NCBI GenBank assembly: GCA_017503575.1
Contig: JAFVSV010000067.1
Coordinates: 355-64,354 of the forward strand
Reading direction: 5' to 3'
Source of the DNA: Alistipes sp.
Lineage (GTDB): Bacteria; Bacteroidota; Bacteroidia; Bacteroidales; Rikenellaceae
Length of the DNA: 64,000 nt
Part shown: piece by piece, positions 57,817 to 64,000 of the stretch
How positions within the stretch are numbered: position 1 is the first letter of the stretch
Layout of the letters: each line of letters begins with the position of its first letter
Program-made: the position numbers and the translations under genes
The notes under the pieces: generated by a model
What the model saw: only the letters and a program-made list of their open reading frames with translations
Told to the model about the DNA's origin: nothing
Database searches by the model: none

Positions 57817-58332
57817 TTACTCTACCATCTGCCATAACACCTCCACAGCATCCATCGCCGAGGGGTCACGGCCGAGGATGGTGCTCACAGCGATGCCCTC
57901 CTCCGCAAAATTACGCTTGAAGAGCCTTGTGCCAGCCCTCATCCTATACGATATCACCACATCGTCACCCGCACCCTCGATTATGCGCCACAGCAGCCGC
58001 CCAAGTGCAAACGAGCTGCGCGTCTCGAAGCGCAGTGGCAGTAGTATCTCGCTTGTCGCACGGCGCGGGATGACCACCTTGTCGCGTAACGATATGGTGG
58101 CGAGGTGGCTACCCTCGACATATATATCTACCTCACAACTCTTTATCTCGTAGCGCCATGCCGACTCATTGTCGAGCGTCACCCATAGGTTCATGCCCGA
58201 TGTCGAGAGGTGCGACATCTTGGCGAAGCCCTCGAAGTGTAGCTTCTCGACCCATGGCTGCGCCTCGGCACGCGAGGTCATAGACACCATGGCAACGACC
58301 AAAAGTAGTATGCCTCTACACAGCGCGCGCAT
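57817..58332 (-). CDS. LEA-2/WHy-like secreted protein
   Basis: Signal peptide; VTLDN....Y.I..C.VDIYVEG...VVIP pattern. Confidence 0.55.
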   Translation of the reverse strand: MRALCRGILLLVVAMVSMTSRAEAQPWVEKLHFEGFAKMSHLSTSGMNLWVTLDNESAWRYEIKSCEVDIYVEGSHLATISLRDKVVIPRRATSEILLPLRFETRSSFALGRLLWRIIEGAGDDVVISYRMRAGTRLFKRNFAEEGIAVSTILGRDPSAMDAVEVLWQMVE

Positions 58333-58333
58333 G

Positions 58334-59053
58334 CTACTTTGTGGCGATATATATCTGCGCTATGCCGAAGCTCTGCGAGCGACGCTTGACACTCTTGAAG
58401 CCCGCAGCCTTGAGCATCTCCACAAAGCGCTCGGGAGCTGGGAACTCATCCACCGACTCGGGAAGATATACATAGGCGCGCTTGTCCTTCGATATAAGGC
58501 CACCGATGCGGGGTATCAAGCGGTGTGCATACTGGGCATATACCCATCGCACAAACTTATTCTTGGGTGTCGAGAACTCCAACACCACCAACAGTCCGCC
58601 CTCCTTAAGTGTGCGCCACATCTCCTTTAAGCCGCGCTCTATATTCTCGAAGTTACGCACTCCAAAGGCTACGGTGACGGCATCTATCGAGCCATCTGCT
58701 ACCATATGTAGATCCTCGGCATCGCCCTTCTCAAGCATTATGCGCTCCTCGAGGCCCTGCTTCTGTATCTTCTTGCGTGCCACGGCGAGCATCTCATCCG
58801 AGAGGTCGACGCCAAGTATCTGCGTGCGGTCGACACGCTTTGCCATGGCTATGGCGAGGTCGCCAGTGCCTGTTGCCACATCCATAATCTTCTTCGCCTT
58901 GGAGCGGCGCACGATGCGCATCACACGACGACGCCATAGGCGGTCGATATTGAGCGACATGATGTGGTTGAGCCTATCGTAGGTGGGGGCGATATTGTCG
59001 AACATCTCCTCTACCTGCTCCTTCTTTGTCTGTTCTTCGTTATAAGGTTTCAT
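58334..59053 (-). CDS. ubiE: Demethylmenaquinone methyltransferase
   Basis: MFDNIAPTYDRLNHIMS, DVATGTGD, VAFGVRNF and YLPESV. Confidence 0.95.
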   Translation of the reverse strand: MKPYNEEQTKKEQVEEMFDNIAPTYDRLNHIMSLNIDRLWRRRVMRIVRRSKAKKIMDVATGTGDLAIAMAKRVDRTQILGVDLSDEMLAVARKKIQKQGLEERIMLEKGDAEDLHMVADGSIDAVTVAFGVRNFENIERGLKEMWRTLKEGGLLVVLEFSTPKNKFVRWVYAQYAHRLIPRIGGLISKDKRAYVYLPESVDEFPAPERFVEMLKAAGFKSVKRRSQSFGIAQIYIATK

Positions 59054-59073
59054 AGCGTAAACATTATATCGAG

Positions 59074-60318
59074 TTATTCATATCTCAATGCTTTGGCTGG
59101 TGCGCTCTTCGTCGCGAAGAGTGCGGGTATCAGCATCACTACTGCCGTTACGACCATCGTCGCCACAATGGCTACCACCCACCAGCCCCAGCATAGTGCC
59201 GCAGGGATGTGGGTGAGGATGTAACCCTCATTGGGCAGTGGCAGTGGCGCCCATATATGTTGTATCGACGCAACGACGATGCCCGCTATCGCGCCCCATA
59301 CCACGCCGCGCCATGCGATAAAGATGGCACGATAGAGGAAGATGCGCACTACCGAGCGGCGCCGCATGCCCATGGCGCGTAGCTCGCCTATCATACGCTG
59401 ACGCTCCAAGACGATGACAAGTAGCGATGTGGTCATATTTAGCAGCGCCACGACAATCATTATCACCGTTATTACCAGCGCATTAACATCGTGTGTGGCA
59501 AGCCACCCGAAGATATCTGGGAAGATGCGCTCTATGGCAAAGGCCTCGGCAAGCATGCCCTCGTAGAGGTATATCTCTCCCAACTGTCGGTTCATGTCGC
59601 GTTCCACAGCCATGGCGTCGGCATCCTCCTTGAGCCACACCTCATAGCCTGTAATAAGCGACGTATTGCCGTCGTACTCGCGTGCCACATTGGGCATGTC
59701 GGTGAGTGCTATGGCGTCGTCAACAGCGTCAATGCCAGTGGCATATACGCCCGACACGGTGAAGCGGTCGCGGAGCATGTCGCCCCTCTCGTCCATGAAG
59801 ACTATCTCCATGCGGTCACCCACCTTGGCGTCCATCTTTCGGGCTATGGTCTGCGATAGTAGCACATCTTTCGAGCGCGGGGTGTTGCCTATACGTGGCA
59901 TCACACCCTCGACGATGTGTCGCTCAAAGAACGATGTGTCGTAGCTCGCGTCGATGCCCTTTAGTAGCACGCCCGCCATGTTCTCCTCGCTCTTGATGAC
60001 GCCCTCCTTGGCCGTATATGGCGAGTAACGCTCCACCTTGGGGCTATCGTCGAGCATCGACTCTATGGCCTCGATGCGCTCTATGCGCTGCTCCGAGACA
60101 ATGCCCATGCTCTGTGGCGCGGTGATGACGATGTCGGAGGCCACGGAGGACATCAGCGCGTTGACATCATGCTTGAAGCCCACGACCACCGAGAGGGTCA
60201 CGATGATGACCATAAGGCTTATGGCTGTGGCAATGGTTGCCACGCGCTCCATGATGCCGGCACGACCGCCACTCTTGCGACTCGACAGGCGCCGTGCTAT
60301 GTCATATTCAACGCTCAC
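59074..60318 (-). CDS. LolC/E-FtsX family ABC permease
   Basis: IARRLS, LKGID and ERQRMIGELRAMGM. GTG start at 60318 preferred; promoter TAccTTTG at 60377-60370. Confidence 0.85.
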   Translation of the reverse strand: MSVEYDIARRLSSRKSGGRAGIMERVATIATAISLMVIIVTLSVVVGFKHDVNALMSSVASDIVITAPQSMGIVSEQRIERIEAIESMLDDSPKVERYSPYTAKEGVIKSEENMAGVLLKGIDASYDTSFFERHIVEGVMPRIGNTPRSKDVLLSQTIARKMDAKVGDRMEIVFMDERGDMLRDRFTVSGVYATGIDAVDDAIALTDMPNVAREYDGNTSLITGYEVWLKEDADAMAVERDMNRQLGEIYLYEGMLAEAFAIERIFPDIFGWLATHDVNALVITVIMIVVALLNMTTSLLVIVLERQRMIGELRAMGMRRRSVVRIFLYRAIFIAWRGVVWGAIAGIVVASIQHIWAPLPLPNEGYILTHIPAALCWGWWVVAIVATMVVTAVVMLIPALFATKSAPAKALRYE

Positions 60319-60563
60319 GCTCGATAGTTTATTACACCGTGTCACGCGACACAATTACTTTGTAATTGGCAAAGGTAGTAAAAAAAGTTGAAAACTCAAA
60401 GATATGGAGGGCTTATGTCCTCAATTAGGAATTGCTCTCGGCGAATTGAAGGGCACAACTTTATCAACACTGCGTTGTTTATAATTTATAACAACTTACG
60501 CGGCTCTCACGATTGCCATTCGCCGAAAAATCCTTAATTTTGTGGATGCTTAAAGATTAAGAT

Positions 60564-62135
60564 ATGGCGAAACAGTATAACAAATCCTCAAAGAATAATA
60601 GCGAGGCCTTTGCGCAACTCGCTGACCTCGACGGCATTGCGCCCCCTCAAGCCCCCGAACTTGAACAGGCTGTACTGGGTGCCTTGATGCTCGAAAAAGA
60701 TGCCATCGTCGATGTGCAGGAGTATATTAATGTCGACACCTTCTATGTCGAGGAGCATCGACTCATCTTCAAGGCGATACAGGAGCTATCCATCGAGATG
60801 AAGGCCATCGACCTCTACACCGTCACCGAGCGTCTCAAGTCGCAGCGTCTACTCACCAAGGTGGGTGGCGCGGCATACCTTGCACAGCTCACACAGCGCG
60901 TAGCGTCGGCGGCACATGTCGAGTTTCACGCCAAGATTATCGCACAGAAGTATGTTCAGCGCGAGCTTATACGCTCGGCAACAGAGATACAGCGTCGCTC
61001 GTACGACGAGGAGGTAGATGTCACGGAACTTATAGGCTTCGCCGAGCAGGAGATATTCCGCGTGTCGGACGGCAATGTGAAGCGCTCGGTGTTGCCCGCC
61101 TCGGACATCCTACGCAAGGCGTTGGCGCAGATTGAGGAGGCGTCAAAGACGGCTGGCGAGTACAACGGCGTGCGCTCGGGCTTCACGGATATAGATAGCA
61201 TCACCCTCGGCTGGCAGCCCTCCGACCTTATAATCATCGCGGCACGCCCCTCGATGGGTAAGACCGCATTTGTGCTGACCATGGCGCGTAACATGGCCGT
61301 AGAGTTCAAGACCCCGGTGGCATTCTTCTCACTCGAGATGTCGTCGGTGCAGCTCATGAACCGCCTTATCGTCGCCGAGACACAGCTGAACTCCAAGTCG
61401 TTGCGCACAGGACAGCTGACCCCCGAGCAGTGGGTGCACCTCGAGAAGCAGACCGCCGAGCTTGGCCGCTCGCCACTATATGTCGACGACACCCCCGCAC
61501 TCTCGGTATATGAGTTTCGCTCCAAGGCACGACGCCTCAAGACGCAGCACGACATCAAGCTCATCATCATCGACTACTTGCAGCTGATGACCGCCGCAAC
61601 GCCCGAGACACGCGGCAACCGCGAGCAGGAGGTATCGCTCATCTCGCGTACGCTCAAGGCCATAGCCAAGGAGCTCGACGTGCCCATCATAGCCCTGTCG
61701 CAGCTCAGCCGTAATGTCGAGAACCGTGGTGGCTCGAAGCGTCCACAGCTCTCGGACCTTCGTGAGTCGGGAGCTATCGAGCAGGATGCCGACGTTGTAG
61801 CCTTCATCCACCGCCCCGAGTACTACGGCCTTACGACAAGCGAGAATGGTCTCTCTACGGCAGGCATGGCGGAGATTATCATCGCCAAGCACCGTAATGG
61901 CGAGGTCACCGATGTCCCCATGCGCTTTATCAAGGAGCAGGCGAAGTTTGCCGATGCCGACGCCTCGGCTGTGGCTGCCATAACATCGGGAGGCCCTGTG
62001 CAGATGCAGGAGAGCTACGACACCTTCTCGTCGAGTGGCAACGATGGATTGGCTCCTATGGGCGTGCAGCCCGCAGGCATGTCAGGAGGCATGTCGGGAG
62101 GTGTCCCTGCAGACTTCGACATAGCCCCATTCTAA
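60564..62135 (+). CDS. dnaB: Replicative DNA helicase
   Basis: AARPSMGKT, IIDYLQL, LSDLRESGAIEQDAD and AKHRNG; promoter TAatTTTG at 60535-60542. Confidence 0.97.
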   Translation: MAKQYNKSSKNNSEAFAQLADLDGIAPPQAPELEQAVLGALMLEKDAIVDVQEYINVDTFYVEEHRLIFKAIQELSIEMKAIDLYTVTERLKSQRLLTKVGGAAYLAQLTQRVASAAHVEFHAKIIAQKYVQRELIRSATEIQRRSYDEEVDVTELIGFAEQEIFRVSDGNVKRSVLPASDILRKALAQIEEASKTAGEYNGVRSGFTDIDSITLGWQPSDLIIIAARPSMGKTAFVLTMARNMAVEFKTPVAFFSLEMSSVQLMNRLIVAETQLNSKSLRTGQLTPEQWVHLEKQTAELGRSPLYVDDTPALSVYEFRSKARRLKTQHDIKLIIIDYLQLMTAATPETRGNREQEVSLISRTLKAIAKELDVPIIALSQLSRNVENRGGSKRPQLSDLRESGAIEQDADVVAFIHRPEYYGLTTSENGLSTAGMAEIIIAKHRNGEVTDVPMRFIKEQAKFADADASAVAAITSGGPVQMQESYDTFSSSGNDGLAPMGVQPAGMSGGMSGGVPADFDIAPF

Positions 62136-62147
62136 CCATTGTAGAGT

Positions 62148-63686
62148 ATGTTTGTCAAGGTACATACGGGTGCCATCGCTGGCATCGAGGCTGTGCCCGT
62201 CACCGTCGAGGTAAATGTCGCCTCGGGAGGCCTCGGGCTCTTCCTTGTGGGTCTCCCTGATAACACCATCAAGGAGAGTGAGCAGCGCATACACGCCGCC
62301 TTCGAGAACTCGGGGTATAGGCTCGTGGCGAAGAAGACAGTAGTAAACCTCGCCCCTGCCGACCTACGCAAGGAGGGCTCGCAGTACGACCTACCCATAG
62401 CCATAGCCATCCTCGCCGCCACGGAGCAGATTGTAGCTACGATGCTCGACGACTCGATGTTCATCGGCGAGCTCTCGTTAGATGGCACGCTACGCCCCGT
62501 GAAGGGCGTCCTGCCCCTCGTCGTCATGGCACGCGAGCGAGGCCTGAGGCGCGTCTTCATGCCCCACGACAATGTCGCTGAGGGTGCTGTTGTCGAGGGC
62601 ATTGATATTGTAGGTGTAGGCTCGTTGGTGGAGATGTGCCAGGTGGTCATGGGGCGTATGCCCTACACGGCTGCCGAGTGCGCCATTGCCGCAGATGAGG
62701 ATACTTCGACAAGTGACTATGCCGAGGATTTCGCCGATGTCAAGGGTCAACAATATGTCAAGCGCGCCCTTGAGATTGCCGCAGCTGGTGGCCACAATGT
62801 TATCATGGTGGGTGCCCCGGGCTCTGGTAAGACGATGCTTGCACGACGCATGCCCACCATCATGCCTCCCATGACGTTGGAGGAGGCGTTGGAGACCACG
62901 AAGATACACTCCGTGGCGGGTAAGATAGGTACCCAGCACGGCCTTATGCGCACACGCCCCTTCCGTGCCCCTCACCACCTCACATCGCAGGTGGCACTTA
63001 TAGGCGGTGGCCAGTCGCCACAGCCTGGCGAGGTGTCGTTGGCGAATAACGGCGTCTTGTTCCTCGACGAGATGCCCGAGTTTGGCCGTAGCGTCCTCGA
63101 GGTGCTGCGCCAGCCCTTGGAGGATAGACACATCACCATATCGCGTGCCAAGTATAGCGTCGACTACCCCGCTAACTTCACGCTTATAGCCTCGATGAAC
63201 CCATGCCCCTGCGGCTACTATAACCACCCCACGAAGGAGTGCAGCTGCTCGCCTGCCGCCGTACACCGCTACATGTCGCATATCTCGGGCCCCCTCATGG
63301 ACCGTATAGATATACACATAGAGGTTGTGCCTGTCGAGATTTCGGAGATGTCGAGCACCGCACCTGCCGAGTCGAGTGCCACGATACGCGCGAGGGTCAC
63401 GGCAGCCCGCGAGGTGCAGATGCGCCGCTTCGAGGGTACGGAGATATACTGCAACGCCATGATGAATAGCGCCATGCTGCGTCGCTTTGCGCCCCTCAGC
63501 CGCGAGTGCTCAACACTCCTCGAGCAGGCCATGACGCGCCTAAACCTCTCGGCACGCGCCTACGACCGCATAATAAAGGTGGCACGCACCATCGCCGACC
63601 TTGAGGGCGTGGATGCAATCACCACGGCACATATATCGGAGGCAATAGGCTACCGAGCGTTAGACCGCGAGAGCTGGGGTAGGTAA
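62148..63686 (+). CDS. comM: YifB/ComM Mg-chelatase-like AAA+ ATPase
   Basis: NLAPADLRKEG, GAPGSGKT, PFRAPHH, FLDEMPEF and MNPCPCG. Confidence 0.93.
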   Translation: MFVKVHTGAIAGIEAVPVTVEVNVASGGLGLFLVGLPDNTIKESEQRIHAAFENSGYRLVAKKTVVNLAPADLRKEGSQYDLPIAIAILAATEQIVATMLDDSMFIGELSLDGTLRPVKGVLPLVVMARERGLRRVFMPHDNVAEGAVVEGIDIVGVGSLVEMCQVVMGRMPYTAAECAIAADEDTSTSDYAEDFADVKGQQYVKRALEIAAAGGHNVIMVGAPGSGKTMLARRMPTIMPPMTLEEALETTKIHSVAGKIGTQHGLMRTRPFRAPHHLTSQVALIGGGQSPQPGEVSLANNGVLFLDEMPEFGRSVLEVLRQPLEDRHITISRAKYSVDYPANFTLIASMNPCPCGYYNHPTKECSCSPAAVHRYMSHISGPLMDRIDIHIEVVPVEISEMSSTAPAESSATIRARVTAAREVQMRRFEGTEIYCNAMMNSAMLRRFAPLSRECSTLLEQAMTRLNLSARAYDRIIKVARTIADLEGVDAITTAHISEAIGYRALDRESWGR

Positions 63687-63747
63687 CCACGCTTTGATAG
63701 TTCCGTAATATTTACTACCTTTGTGCATATAATAAAAATATAAGAGG

Positions 63748-64000
63748 ATGAAATACGCAATAATCTCTACCGAGAAGGGTGATATGAAGGCGGAGCTCTA
63801 CGAGAAGGAGACCCCTATCACCGTTGATAACTTCGTTAAGCTCGCCGAGAGCCACTTCTACGACGCCCTATGCTTCCACCGCGTCATTCCCGACTTCGTC
63901 ATCCAGGGTGGTTGCCCCAAGGGTGATGGTACGGGTGGCCCGGGCTATACCATCCCATGCGAGACACGCGCCGAGCGTCAGTACCACGACCGTGGCGTTC
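63748..64000 (+). CDS. Cyclophilin-type peptidyl-prolyl isomerase (partial)
   Basis: Hand translation [29 protein letters not shown]...[15 protein letters not shown]...GGPGY; promoter TAccTTTG at 63716-63723. Confidence 0.92.
   Translation, partial: MKYAIISTEKGDMKAELYEKETPITVDNFVKLAESHFYDALCFHRVIPDFVIQGGCPKGDGTGGPGYTIPCETRAERQYHDRGV

Noticed and set aside
47098-63686. Competence regulon (TfoX, DprA-like, ComM)
   Set aside because: The genes are unlinked, and the TfoX_N and SLOG proteins are stand-alone domains rather than canonical competence factors.

Overview
Chromosomal window from a Bacteroidales genome, probably Rikenellaceae/Alistipes-like. This assignment is inferred from gene content and the many TAnnTTTG -7 promoter motifs. 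Most of it is housekeeping and envelope genes: a POT transporter, glgB, holB, folK, rbfA, murD-ftsW, hslR, leuS, tig-clpP-clpX, menG/ubiE, dnaB, comM and a cyclophilin. It also has GH20 and GH29 glycosidases, a TetR-TolC-HlyD-ABC efflux operon, one tRNA(CAT) and many lipoproteins. I saw no transposase, prophage or CRISPR array. The best lead is an unannotated RNA module at about 48710-49591. A promoter drives a ~260-nt, G.U-rich, rod-shaped RNA that ends in a U-tract directly before a SLOG/DprA-like gene. A divergent promoter drives a ~85-nt terminated sRNA that is complementary to the apex of that rod (29 bp, with every difference wobble-compatible), like a tisB/IstR-type antisense switch. 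Other leads are: a TonB receptor plus tandem OB-fold lipoprotein near a pilin-like nuclease (possible nucleic-acid scavenging); a 28-Cys repeat lipoprotein; a POT transporter with a ~150-aa helical insert; an L,D-transpeptidase with altered catalytic residues; and several short repeat families. All pairings, counts and family calls were made by eye.
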